Position numbers and translations under genes: made by a program
From: an uncultured Candidatus Rokubacteria bacterium
GTDB lineage: Bacteria; Methylomirabilota; Methylomirabilia; Rokubacteriales; CSP1-6
Length of the DNA stretch: 64,000 nucleotides
NCBI GenBank assembly: GCA_963754315.1
Contig: CAVWFS010000006.1
Coordinates: 96,001-160,000, forward strand
Direction: 5' to 3'
Part shown: positions 10,426 to 20,526 of the stretch, piece after piece
Layout of the letters: each line of letters opens with the position of its first letter
Numbering within the stretch: position 1 is the first letter of the stretch
The notes under the pieces: generated by a model
Told to the model about the DNA's origin: nothing
Seen by the model: only the letters and a program-made list of their open reading frames with translations
Database searches by the model: none

Positions 10426-11822
10426 CCCGTCATCGACTCGGCCGGGACCTCCACCGCCGGGACCTCGTCCGCCGGGGACGGGGTGTCCCACATCTGAGCA
10501 TGGACCACATCCTCGATGGTCTCCCGCCGCCGGATGAGTCGGACGGTGCCGTCCCCGCCCAGGAAGTACACGGGGTTCCTCGGCTTGGTGAACTGGTTGG
10601 CGCGGGTGATCGAGTAGCCGCCCACATCGAACATCACCACCGGATCGTCGCCCTGGAGTCCAGCCGGAAGGGCCTTCTGGAAAGACAGCACGTCGTAGGT
10701 GGACAAGGTGGGGCCGCTGATGTTCGCCTTGGCCGCGGGGGGCGCGTTCATCCGACCCGGGAAGAACATGCGCCACTCCGTGAAGAAGAGGTTTTCCGGG
10801 ACCTCGTTGATGCTGAGGTCCGTGAAGACCCAGTTCGTCTTAGTGCGGCGGACGCGGCCCAGCAGAATGGCCGCGTTGTTGATGAGACTGCGGCCGGGCT
10901 CGGTGCTCAGGCGCGGCGTGAAGCCATGGAGCTGGCAGTTCCGCTGAAAGGCGGCCGTCACCACGCGACCGAACTCGTCGATGGATGGCGTGCGCTTCTC
11001 GAGCAGATTGAGCCGCTCGAGGAGCTTGGCCGCGCGCAGCCGCCGATTCATCCGGAGAAACCGCATGCTCTGGGCCGGGAAACCGCCGCCGATGTTGATC
11101 TCCTCGATCGGAAAGCCGCGGCCGCGCAGGTCGGCGGCCAGCCGGAACATCGCATCGAGGGCCTCGCCGTAGAGCGCGGGGGCCAGGATCTGCGACCCGA
11201 TGTGGGCGTTGATGCCGACCACGCGAACGTGGGGGCAGCGCGCCGCCACCGCGAACGCCTCCGCGCACTGGTTGATGTGAAACCCGAACTTCTGCTTGTA
11301 GGTGGTGATCAGCTTGTCGTAGTAGGGGCGGCGGGTCATGGGATCGATCCGCACCCCGATATCGAGCCGCCGGCCCATGGCTTGACCGATGGCATTGAGC
11401 GCCTGAATCTCCTCCACGCCCTCGGCGTTGATGAGGTGGATACCTTGCGCCGCTGCGAGCTTCAGCTCCCGCTCCGTCTTGCACGGCCCGTCGAAGACGA
11501 TATCGGCCGGTTGGAAGCCGGCCTTGGTCGCCGCGTAGAGGTCGAGCTCACCTGCCACTTCGGCCCCCGCCCCCAGGCGCCGGAGCGTACGCAAGACCTC
11601 AGTCTCGAAGTTCGTCTTCACCGAGTAGTAGGTCTTGAAGTCCGGAATGCCGGCAAAGGCTCGGACGAACCGGCGATAGTTCTCGGTCAGGATCCGCTCC
11701 GAGATGAGGAAGAGCGGGGTCTTGAACTGGTCGGCGAGCTCCACGAGATTCTTGCCGTCGAAGACCAGGTGGCCGGCCGGCGTGATGCTGCAGTGATCGC
11801 TCTCGAATAGATGGTGGACCAT
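10422..11822 (-). CDS. PLP-dependent fold-type III decarboxylase-like enzyme (LysA/DAP decarboxylase family, atypical)
   Basis: YYSVKTN (PLP Lys), FDGPCK, KFG, HIGSQ, INIGGGFP, EPGRSL, GGYS; GPTLSTYD in place of GPxCE..D. Confidence 0.85.
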   Translation of the reverse strand: MVHHLFESDHCSITPAGHLVFDGKNLVELADQFKTPLFLISERILTENYRRFVRAFAGIPDFKTYYSVKTNFETEVLRTLRRLGAGAEVAGELDLYAATKAGFQPADIVFDGPCKTERELKLAAAQGIHLINAEGVEEIQALNAIGQAMGRRLDIGVRIDPMTRRPYYDKLITTYKQKFGFHINQCAEAFAVAARCPHVRVVGINAHIGSQILAPALYGEALDAMFRLAADLRGRGFPIEEINIGGGFPAQSMRFLRMNRRLRAAKLLERLNLLEKRTPSIDEFGRVVTAAFQRNCQLHGFTPRLSTEPGRSLINNAAILLGRVRRTKTNWVFTDLSINEVPENLFFTEWRMFFPGRMNAPPAAKANISGPTLSTYDVLSFQKALPAGLQGDDPVVMFDVGGYSITRANQFTKPRNPVYFLGGDGTVRLIRRRETIEDVVHAQMWDTPSPADEVPAVEVPAESMTG

Positions 11823-11836
11823 GGTGTTCTCCTCGC

Positions 11837-14363
11837 TCAGATGTCGACGCCGGCCACTAGCCGCAACCTCCCGGCGTTGGCAAAGCCGTCATGCTTCAGG
11901 TGTTTGAAGTTATGGTAGTGGTTCGCCTCCGGCGCCGTGATTTCTCTGGCCTCGAACGCCCGAAGGATCTCGGCCACACCGGCGTCGACGGTGAAACGGG
12001 GCGTGAACCCGAGCACGTGGCGGATCTTGTCGAAGCTTACTCGGTAATCGCGCCGATCGCCGGCCGAGGGAACAAGCTCGATTTCGACGTGCGGCACGTG
12101 GGTACGGACGAGCTCGGCGATCTGGTGGACCTGGTAGTTGAGGTGGTTCCCGCCCACGTTGAAGATCTCGCCACGGGCGCGCGCGTCGTCCGCCTCCGCG
12201 GCCGCGATGAAGGCCTCGGCCGCGTCCTGCACGTGAACGTTGGGCCGCCACTGGTCACCACCGAAGAGCCGGAGCTTCCCGTTGAAAAAGGCGTGGGCCG
12301 TGAACGTGTTCACCACGAGGTCGAGACGCATCCGCGTCGACCAGCCGAATACGGTGGCCAGTCGGAGGATCACGGTGCTGAGCTGGTCCACGCGACGGAG
12401 GAGGATCTGTTCCGACTGGATCCGGGTCTGGGCGTATAGCGACACGGGATTCAGCCACGATCCCTCGTTGAGAATGAGCTCGGAGTTCGCACCGTAGACG
12501 CTGCACGAGGATGCGAAGACGAGCCGGGCCACGCCGGCGTTCTGACACGCCTCGGCGAGCAAGCGGGTCGCCTCCAGATTGATGGACGTGGTCTCATCGA
12601 CATCGAGATCACACGCGGCGTCGCCGACGAGGGCGGCGAGGGCGATCACCGAGTGGACGCCCCGCGTGGCCAACGCCACCGTACGCAGATGGCGGATGTC
12701 ACCCTCCAGCAGCTCGAGCCGGGGATGGCCGGCGATCTCGCGCAGACCGTGGTCGCCGTAGAGATAGCTGTCCAGTACGCGAACCCGCCGATTTCGCTCC
12801 AGGAGCTTCCGCACCACGTGGGAACCGATGTAGCCGGCGCCCCCCGTGACCAGGACCACGCGGTCATCCACGGGGCGCCGAGCCGGCGCCAGCGCGACCG
12901 CGTGCCCGTTGCCAGGGGCCAAGCGCGCGGGCTCGTCGGGGCGGCGGTCCGAGGAGGGGACCGATTCTGCCCCCACCCCATCGATCCCGAGATCGATCAG
13001 CTCGGGGGGGAAAACGTCGCCATGCAAGAGGCGGTCGAGGGTGGGCAGGAGCCGGTAGTCGAGACCGCGCGCCCGGCAGAAGTCGAGAATCTCCCTGAGC
13101 GCCTGCGAGCCGACACTGTGGAAACAACACGACGACCATGTCAATCGAGTACAGCGCCGAAACCACGGGAAGATCGCTCACCGCGCCGAAGACTTGGATG
13201 CCGTGGATGATGGCCCCATGCTTGGTCCGGTCATCGTCGAGGAATCCCACCGGATGGTAGGGGACGCCCCGTTCGGACAGGGTGCGCACGAGCTGCGAGC
13301 CCGTGTCGTCAGCGCCCACGATGAGCACCCTCTTCGATGGCTCGGGGGAGACGGAGCGGCGCGATTCGAGCCGGCTCTTGAGCGCGACGCGCATGCCGAA
13401 CAGGACGAGGATGAGCAGACCCCAGTCAACGAGGAAGACGGCGCGCGAGTGACTGCCGAATCCGGCCATGAAGGTCAGGGCCGCTACCACCACCGAGCCG
13501 ACGGTCACCGCCCGCACGATGGCCAGAAACTCCTTGGTGCCCAGGTACTGCACAATGTTCTGATAGAGACCGAAGTAGACGAACACGGGCGGTCGAACGA
13601 GCAGGATGGCCCCGGTGACGACCGCCAGATAGGGCACGTCGGCCCACTTCACGTCCCAGTCAAACTTCACGCCGTAGGCGGCGCAATAGACGACGACGCT
13701 GGCCACGGCGTCGGCGGCCAAGAGGGCCATCGCCTCCCGCTTGACCCGAAAGAACTTCACCTTGAAGGCCCCGAAGACAGTGACGGCGATCGCCCCCGCG
13801 ATGAGGCGAAGGTCGCCTCGGAGGGTGCACGATCGGACATATTCGAGGTCAATGGCAAGCTTCTCGGGCAGAATGCGCTCGACGTAGTACTCCTCGGGGT
13901 CCGTCACGTCCTCGGGATACATTTCCAGTTCGTCGCGCCCGCGGATCTGGCTGGGTCCGACGATGCCCGGCCGCACCCTCAGCACCTCGCGTTGCTCGGG
14001 GGTGTAGCGAGCGACGAAGTAGGGGTCCTCGGGCCGGGGCCCGACCAGGCTCATGTCGCCCCGGAGCACGTTGATGAGTTGCGGAAGCTCGTCGAGCTTG
14101 AGCCAGCGCAGGAGTTGGCCGAGATGGGTGATGCGCGGGTCGCGTTTCTGGGTGAGCCGAGGGCCGACGGCGGCCGCGTTGACCACCATGGTCCGGAACT
14201 TGAGGATCGAAAAGGGGTGGCCGTGCTGGCCGATTCGTCGTTGCCGGAAGAACACAGGTCCCTTGGAATCGAGGGCGATCAGCACGGCAATCACCAGGAG
14301 CAGCGGGGCGAAGACGAGCAACGCTGTGGCCGACACCACGATGTCGAAGACACGCTTGCTCAT
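11837..14363 (-). CDS. Probable fusion: phosphoglycosyl transferase (Bac_transf) + CapD/PglF-like TM and CoA-binding-like domain + NAD-dependent epimerase/dehydratase; one frameshift near 13120
   Basis: KRVFDIVVS..FFRQRRIG..KFRTM..LDELPQL..GDMSLVGPRP; about 4 TM; VLIVGA..GFLDDD; after shift LREILDFC..YRLLPTL, then VTGGAGYIGS, FASSCSVYG, YAQTR. Confidence 0.8.
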
Positions 14364-15556
14364 GAGCGTCTCTCCGTCCGGTGGTTCTCGACGATGTCGC
14401 GCACGGCGTCGATCACCGCCCACACATCGGCCTCGCTCATGCGCGGGTAGAGGGGCAGCGAGATGGCCCCTTGGTAGGCGCGCAAGGCCTGGGGGAAGTC
14501 CTCCGGTTGGTACTCGAACATCTCCCGATAGAACGGATGGATGTGAAGGGGGATGAAGTGAACGCTGGCTCCGATATTGGCCTGGCGCAAGAGCTCGAAG
14601 AACCTATCGCGCCCGATCGTCAGCCGATCCGGCCGGAGGCGGATGACATACAGGTGCCAGGCGTGCTGGGCGTACGATGGCGTCTCCGGGAGGATCAGCT
14701 CGGGCAGATTCGACAGACCACGCTCGTACAGGGTCGCGTAGTGGTTGCGGATCCCCTGAAATCGGTCGAGCTTTTTGAGTTGCTGCAGCCCGAGCGCCGC
14801 ATTGATGTCGGTCATGTTGCACTTGTAGCCGGGATAGTCGACCTCGTAATACCAGGACCCCTCCGCGCTATAGCGCTTCCACGCATCACGGCTGATCCCG
14901 TGCAGGCGCCGTGTGCGCAGAAGGTCGGCGTATTCGTCAGATTCGGTGGTGATCATGCCGCCTTCACCGGTGGTGAGGTTCTTGACCGCGTAAAAACTGA
15001 AGACGGTGAAGTCCCCAATCGATCCCACCATGCGGCCGCGGTACTGGGCGGGGAGCGCGTGAGCGGCGTCCTCGATGACCGTGAGCCCGTGGCGCTCGGC
15101 CAGCTTCAAGAGGGGGTCCATGTCGCACGGCACGCCGGCGAAGTGGACGGGGATAATGGCCCGCGTCCGCGGTCCGATATGCCGCTCCACTTCCTCGGGA
15201 TCCATGTTGAGCGTCACCGGCTCGACGTCGACCAGGACCGGCCGCGCCCTGTGGTGGAGCACGACCGCGGCGCTGGCGGTGAACGTGTAGACGCTGGTGA
15301 TGACCTCGTCGCCGGGCTTCAGGCCTATCGCGTCAAGGGCGAGGTGCAGCCCCGCCGTCGCCGAATTGACGGCGATCGCATGCTTGGCGCCGACGTATTC
15401 AGCGAACCGTTTCTCGAATTCGATTGTTTTCGGGCCCATGGTCAACCAGCCCGAACGCAGCGTTTGCACGACCTCCTCGATCTCCTCCTCGCCAATCCAG
15501 GGCTGATGGAAGGGCAGGAAGGTCTCGCGCTCCGGTCGCGTCACTTGATTCGTCAT
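14360..15556 (-). CDS. DegT/DnrJ/EryC1/StrS-family sugar aminotransferase
   Basis: SGWLTMGP, VNSATAGLHL, EDAAHA, FSFYAVKNLTTGEGGM. Confidence 0.95.
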   Translation of the reverse strand: MTNQVTRPERETFLPFHQPWIGEEEIEEVVQTLRSGWLTMGPKTIEFEKRFAEYVGAKHAIAVNSATAGLHLALDAIGLKPGDEVITSVYTFTASAAVVLHHRARPVLVDVEPVTLNMDPEEVERHIGPRTRAIIPVHFAGVPCDMDPLLKLAERHGLTVIEDAAHALPAQYRGRMVGSIGDFTVFSFYAVKNLTTGEGGMITTESDEYADLLRTRRLHGISRDAWKRYSAEGSWYYEVDYPGYKCNMTDINAALGLQQLKKLDRFQGIRNHYATLYERGLSNLPELILPETPSYAQHAWHLYVIRLRPDRLTIGRDRFFELLRQANIGASVHFIPLHIHPFYREMFEYQPEDFPQALRAYQGAISLPLYPRMSEADVWAVIDAVRDIVENHRTERRS

Positions 15557-15690
15557 GGCCTCTCATGCCGCCTATATACAACGGGTGAACAGCGTTGGCT
15601 CCACGCCTCGTTCTCGAGGAATGGAGCGGTCTTCTCGCCTACGGCCCCGTCGCCAACCGTCGCTGCGGAGGGCCGTCCTTCATCGGTCAT
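15553..15690 (-). CDS. 45-aa small ORF coupled by ATGA overlaps at both ends
   Basis: MTDEGRPSAATVGDGAVGEKTAPFLENEAWSQRCSPVVYRRHERP; ATG overlaps acyltransferase TGA and its TGA overlaps the DegT ATG. Confidence 0.4.
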   Translation of the reverse strand: MTDEGRPSAATVGDGAVGEKTAPFLENEAWSQRCSPVVYRRHERP

Positions 15691-16172
15691 GTCGGCATGA
15701 CATCCTCCAGGGGCGGTACAGCCCCCAGCTTCGCCGCCGCCCGCGGCAGCTCGCCGACCACGCGGGCCGGCACGCCGGCCACCACCGTGAACGGCGGCAC
15801 TGGACCTTCGACCACGGCGCCCGCGCGCACGATCGCGCACTCGCCGATGGTCACGCCCGGCTGAATGATGCAGCCGGCGTAGAGGGCGGCGTGGCGTTTG
15901 ATGCGCACCGGGCCCTCCTCTTCGCCGAGGTGTTCCATCCACGCATCGCCCGGCCGCGTGTGGGCGAGGATGATGACCCCGTGGGAGATGCGCACGTGAT
16001 CGTCGATCTCGATCAGCCACGGCCGGGCGGGATCGAGGATCACGTCGTACCCAAGGTAGACGTGCTGGCCGATCTTCACGCCCTTCGCGCGCTGGAGGCG
16101 GATGCGCAGCTCATTCGACGGCACCTGCTTGGCCAAGAGATCGCACGCCTTGCCGAGAGGCCCGCGCATCAT
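15687..16172 (-). CDS. Hexapeptide-repeat (left-handed beta-helix) acyltransferase
   Basis: GVKIGQHVYLG, IEIDDHVRIS, PGVTIGECAIVRAGAVV, VVAGVPARVV. Confidence 0.9.
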   Translation of the reverse strand: MMRGPLGKACDLLAKQVPSNELRIRLQRAKGVKIGQHVYLGYDVILDPARPWLIEIDDHVRISHGVIILAHTRPGDAWMEHLGEEEGPVRIKRHAALYAGCIIQPGVTIGECAIVRAGAVVEGPVPPFTVVAGVPARVVGELPRAAAKLGAVPPLEDVMPT

Positions 16173-16173
16173 G

Positions 16174-17484
16174 TCAGTGCCCTGCCCCGACCGCGAGCGC
16201 CTTGAAGAAATCGCGCCAGTAGCGGGGACTCAGAAACATCCGCACGAGCAGGTCGTGACGGTTGAGCAGCGGCCCCACCCGTGGACCCCGGACCCGGCCC
16301 AGGGCATTGAGCAAGCCCCGGGGCGCGCGACCGCGAGCCAGGGAGCGGGTGAGATGCACGAGCGCGCCACGCGCCGAGACCCAGCGCGTTGCGAAGTCGT
16401 GTTGGGCGAAGGCGGCCGGGTCCAGCGGATGGCCAACCGCGTCCAGGTAGGCGGCATACGGGAGGTTCACGCCACACGCCGTGGGCAGGTTGATCCACAG
16501 CCACGGACGTGGGTTGATGTCCAGCAACTTGTAGGTGCCGGAGCGGAGGTCGAGCTTGAACTCGATGTCGGCCATGCCGTAGTACCCGAAGTGGCGAAGG
16601 GCGGCGGTGGCGAGCGGGACGAGATGGGGCGCCCGTACGGCTCTGACGACCAGTCCGTCGCCGAAATCGGGCGGCACCTGCCCCAGCTTCTGCGAGGTGA
16701 AGGTGGCGGGTACTTCGCCGCCCCGGGTCGCATAGACGCCGATGGAATAGAGCAGCGAGGTGGGGCCGCCGATTTCTTCCTGCACGAGCACCGGGAAGCC
16801 ATGGCCCTGCGCCTGGTGGTAGACGGCCTTCAGCTCGTCCAGCGAGCGCACGCGCACCGCCTTGTCGCCGAAGATCTTCTCGAAAGGCCGGCTTGCCGCC
16901 TGCGCTCCCGAACGACACCGGAGCGGCGGTTTGACGATGGCGGGGAATCCGATTTCCTGGGCCACCGTCGCCAGTGACGCCTCGGATTCCGCGGCACGGG
17001 TTCGCGGGATGGGCACCACGGCATCGAGCTCGTGGTAGAGCTGGTCCTTGTTGACGATCCGGCTGAGTACCGCCCACGGAGCGTGAGGGAATCGGTACCA
17101 GCGCTCGAGCTCGTCGCGATGGGCGTGCAGGGCGACCAGCGATGAGTCCTCGGTGAGAAACAGAACCGGTCGCGCGTCATGCGGCCGGGTCCGGTGACTC
17201 TGCGCCAAGTCGATGAGAAACCGGACCATGGTTTCCGTCCGGCCATCACGCGGCCCGCTCACCCCTCGCCCGTACCGCGAGTATTGTCCGGGAGACGTCC
17301 CGTCCGACGAAACCACCGTCACCGGGACGCCGTGCATGCCCAGGGCTCGACAGACCCCGAGGGCAGCCAGGTTGTCGGGATAGACCACCGCCTCTGCACG
17401 CGCGGCGAACGTCATCGGGCGTTCTCCGTCGCGGGGACGCGCGATCGCAGCGTATGCCGCCGATGATCCAGTGGCGCTGGTCAC
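16174..17484 (-). CDS. ATP-grasp ligase (D-aspartate-ligase-like / carboxylate-amine ligase)
   Basis: LAALGVCRALGMHGVPV..QYSRY, LFLTED, FPAIVKP, LVQEEIGG, ADIEFKLD, LLDINPRPW; GTG 17484 overlaps upstream TGA (alternative ATG 17415). Confidence 0.88.
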   Translation of the reverse strand: MTSATGSSAAYAAIARPRDGERPMTFAARAEAVVYPDNLAALGVCRALGMHGVPVTVVSSDGTSPGQYSRYGRGVSGPRDGRTETMVRFLIDLAQSHRTRPHDARPVLFLTEDSSLVALHAHRDELERWYRFPHAPWAVLSRIVNKDQLYHELDAVVPIPRTRAAESEASLATVAQEIGFPAIVKPPLRCRSGAQAASRPFEKIFGDKAVRVRSLDELKAVYHQAQGHGFPVLVQEEIGGPTSLLYSIGVYATRGGEVPATFTSQKLGQVPPDFGDGLVVRAVRAPHLVPLATAALRHFGYYGMADIEFKLDLRSGTYKLLDINPRPWLWINLPTACGVNLPYAAYLDAVGHPLDPAAFAQHDFATRWVSARGALVHLTRSLARGRAPRGLLNALGRVRGPRVGPLLNRHDLLVRMFLSPRYWRDFFKALAVGAGH

Positions 17485-18359
17485 GACGTCCACGAAGGTT
17501 CCTCCCGAAACTGGAGCACCCCCTGAACTTTCCGCCAGAACTCGCGATCGGACCAGCGTTGGGCCACCGACAAGGCCGTTCGACGGACGAGAGGAAGGCG
17601 AAGCACTCGCTCCGCCATCGGCGAGAAGACGATGCGCTGGCCGATGGGCAACCGCCGAAAGCCCATGCTCTCCTTGAACTGGTCCACCCCGGACACCAGA
17701 TCGAGTGATTCGAGGCCGAAATACACCCGATCGATGTCGTCGCGGCCAATCCATGCCTGGACGGCCGCGAAGATCAGCGCGTTGTTAGGGTACAGGCGCA
17801 GGGCATCCGTGCGCGATCGGGCCACCAGGATTTCCGGGCATCGGTCGACCACCGGCGCAACGAGAAATGACAGGACATCCGTCCCTTGAAGGGCGCCCCA
17901 CACCTCGACATCCGGGGTGGCGGCCACCGCGTCCCAGTAGCGGTCCCAGTCGTAGAAGTCCCCCTCCCAACGCAGGCGGACCACCGTGTCGTCGTTCGCC
18001 TGACGCCCGTGGGCCCGCACGAAGCCCGGCTCGAGCTGCCGCACCTCGCACTGCTTCAAGCCCCGGCGCACCTTGCTGCGGGTATTTGCGCTGAGGTGGG
18101 CGAGATCATAGGCCGCATCATCGACCACGAAGGCGTAGCTCTGGCGGCCCGGGGCCGCGGACGGCGTGGCGTACCTGAGCCCGACTGCCCGGCTCGCCCG
18201 GAAGATGGCGCGCAGTTCTTCAGGGGGCGGCGCGATCGGATGGGCATGCGGGAAGGCAAGGCCGAAGTGCCGCCGCTGGTCGTACCAGTACGAGGTAGGG
18301 CCGACCGTCACCCGGTGGCCGAGTCGCTCGAGAAAGGTGGCCATGCCGTCGCGATTCAT
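17481..18359 (-). CDS. FemAB-like / GNAT-fold acyl or aminoacyl transferase
   Basis: LSANTRSKVRRGLK, ALRLYPNNALI, VYFGLES..GVDQFKESMGF, typical of FemAB-related GNAT proteins. Confidence 0.75.
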   Translation of the reverse strand: MNRDGMATFLERLGHRVTVGPTSYWYDQRRHFGLAFPHAHPIAPPPEELRAIFRASRAVGLRYATPSAAPGRQSYAFVVDDAAYDLAHLSANTRSKVRRGLKQCEVRQLEPGFVRAHGRQANDDTVVRLRWEGDFYDWDRYWDAVAATPDVEVWGALQGTDVLSFLVAPVVDRCPEILVARSRTDALRLYPNNALIFAAVQAWIGRDDIDRVYFGLESLDLVSGVDQFKESMGFRRLPIGQRIVFSPMAERVLRLPLVRRTALSVAQRWSDREFWRKVQGVLQFREEPSWTS

Positions 18360-19196
18360 GACCGCCTCGAGGCCGGTCCCGCCTTCCGCGCGACCACGAG
18401 GAGGTGGGGGAGATCAGCGGGTGATCGATGGGAGCGCCGATCGCGTGCAGAGCGCGGCAAGCGCGCTCGAGCGATCCGCGCGCCACGCGATAGGCCGGGC
18501 GCCACAGCAGGCGCTGCGTCCGTGGCCAGCCGGGAAACGGCGCGGATGGGACCCGGGAGAGGGCGAATGATCCGTAGGGTACCGCCATGATCTCCTGCAA
18601 TCCGAGCTTGCGGTGCCAGCCGCGCAGCTCGGCCAGGCCGATCGGCCGGTGAGTCTCGAACGTCTCCGGCTGCAGGATGCGGCGATACCAGCCGTTGAGG
18701 CCCGTCAGGTTGGGGACATCGGTGATCAGGATGCCGCCCGGGGCCAACAGGCGCTCGAACGCCGCGAGCGGGATCGACGGATCCTCGAAGTGCTCCACGA
18801 CTCCACCGAGAAGACGATGTCGTAGCTTCCTTCGATGGCGAAGAAATCCGCCTGGTGGATGGTCGCGACCACGCCGGCCGCGGCGAGGTTCTCGCGAGCC
18901 CACTCGCAGCTTCGGGGTGACGTGTCGCACCCCGAGACGCGGTACCCGAACGTCTTGTGGAAGTAGATCATCCATCGCCCGGGTCCCGAGCCGACTTCCA
19001 GGAATGACCGCGAGGAATCGACGGTCAGCACGGATCGAAGCAACCGATCGAGGGCGACGAAGGGATAGCTGCGCGATACCCAGCCGAGATTCTCATAGGT
19101 CTCACGGCGATGCGCGCGGGACCAGTGCTCCTCCCAATAGTCGACCCGCGTCAGTTGCCCCTGGTCGAGCTTGCTCCCGCGGCCAGCGGCCGTCAT
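18356..19196 (-). CDS. Class I SAM-dependent methyltransferase; two indels
   Basis: YWEEHW, FLEVGSGPG, GCDTS, YDIVFS | GVVEHFEDP, LLAPGG..DVPN; ATGA overlaps at both ends. Confidence 0.85.
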
Positions 19197-20526
19197 ACCC
19201 GACTCTCCGCCATCGCCGCCGCGGTCGGCGCCGGGGCGTGGCCGTTGTCGAGGTGGTCCTGGAAAATTCTCACGAGACTGGCCACGTGGTGTCCACGGTC
19301 GAAATGGGCGCGCACGTCCGCCGCGGCCTGCATGCCGAGCTGGCGACGAAGAGCCCGATCGGTCAAGAGTGTCTCGAGAACCTCCGCTAGCTGAGCGGGA
19401 TTGCCGGGAGGCACCAGAAAACCGTTGGAGCCGTGGCGCACCAGCTCCGGGATGCCGGAGATCGGCGTGGTGACCACGGGCAACCCCGTGGCCATGGCTT
19501 CGGCCAGCACATTCGGGATGCCGTCTCGAATGACACCCCCCGAGGGTTCGAACCAAGCCTCCAGCGACTTCATCAGGTCCGCCTCGGGGTCCCTCAGCTT
19601 GACGGGGCGTTCGAGGCAGGGCAGCACGAACACGTCGCCGTCTCGGTAATGCCGAACCACCTCGGTGTGCGGAGCGGCGCCCGCCAGTGTGACGCGATCG
19701 CCCAGGCCCGTCGCCGCGATCTGAGCGGCCAGCCGAGCGCGCTGCGGGCCATCTCCCACGATGACGCACCGAAAGGCGTGTCGGCGATCCCTGAGGATCC
19801 GGCACGCCTCGACCACGTCGGCGAAGCCCTTGCGCTGGTAGAGCGCGCCGCAGGCCACGATGGTGGTGTTCTCTCACCGTCGCGCTCCTGGAGGGCAAAG
19901 CGCTCCAGGGCGACACCGTGATAGTTGAGATGCACCTTGCCGCGCACGGGCAGGGGCAGGAGGCGGCTGATGTCTGTGCGGAGGTCGTCGGTGCAGGTCA
20001 CCACGAATTGCGAGCGTCGGACCTTCTCGCTCAGCAGGGTTCTGAACAATGTGACGTCGCCAGCGTGCGCGGTAAAACTGTAGGGGAGCCCGGTCACCTC
20101 GGAAACGATCAACGCGGCCGTCGTCGGATAGGTGGCCCAGTGCGCGTGCACATGAGCGATGCCTTGCTGGCGCATGTGCTCGCCGAGTTCCACCGCCTTG
20201 GGAAAAAGATAGAGTGTCTTGAGAAGATGCACGGGGATCCGCCACGTCCGCCCGACGAGGAGCCCAAGCGCGCGTGCGTAGCGCCCTGGCCGACGCACCA
20301 CCCAGCGTGCGTTGGCCACCAGCAGCCGCGGCGCCCACAGCGGCGCCGCGAAGCGGACTTCGTCGGCGAGCGTGAGGGCCTCGGGCTGCAGGATGCTCTC
20401 CCGCGACCGTCCGAGAGCATAGACCACGATCGGAATCCCCCGCCGCCGCAGCTCGACGATCTCGCCCACGATGAACGTCTCCGTGAGCGTTGGGAAGCTC
20501 CCCACCAGGCAGGCAATCGGCTTCAT
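19193..20526 (-). CDS. Glycosyltransferase family 4 (WcaL-like); frameshift near 19860
   Basis: FPTLTETFI..EI, HVHAHWA, YSFTAHA, NYHGV | CGALYQRKG, VGDGPQR, DGIPNVLAEAMA..PVV..SGIPELV. Confidence 0.9.

Noticed and set aside
10422..11822. Naming the gene lysA
   Set aside because: Substrate and catalytic motif differ and the context is glycan synthesis, so the symbol was withheld
16174..17484. RiPP (graspetide) cluster based on the ATP-grasp genes and the 45-aa ORF
   Set aside because: Ligases look like the D-Asp-ligase type in a sugar context, and the small ORF lacks repeated Thr/Ser/Lys-Asp/Glu core motifs
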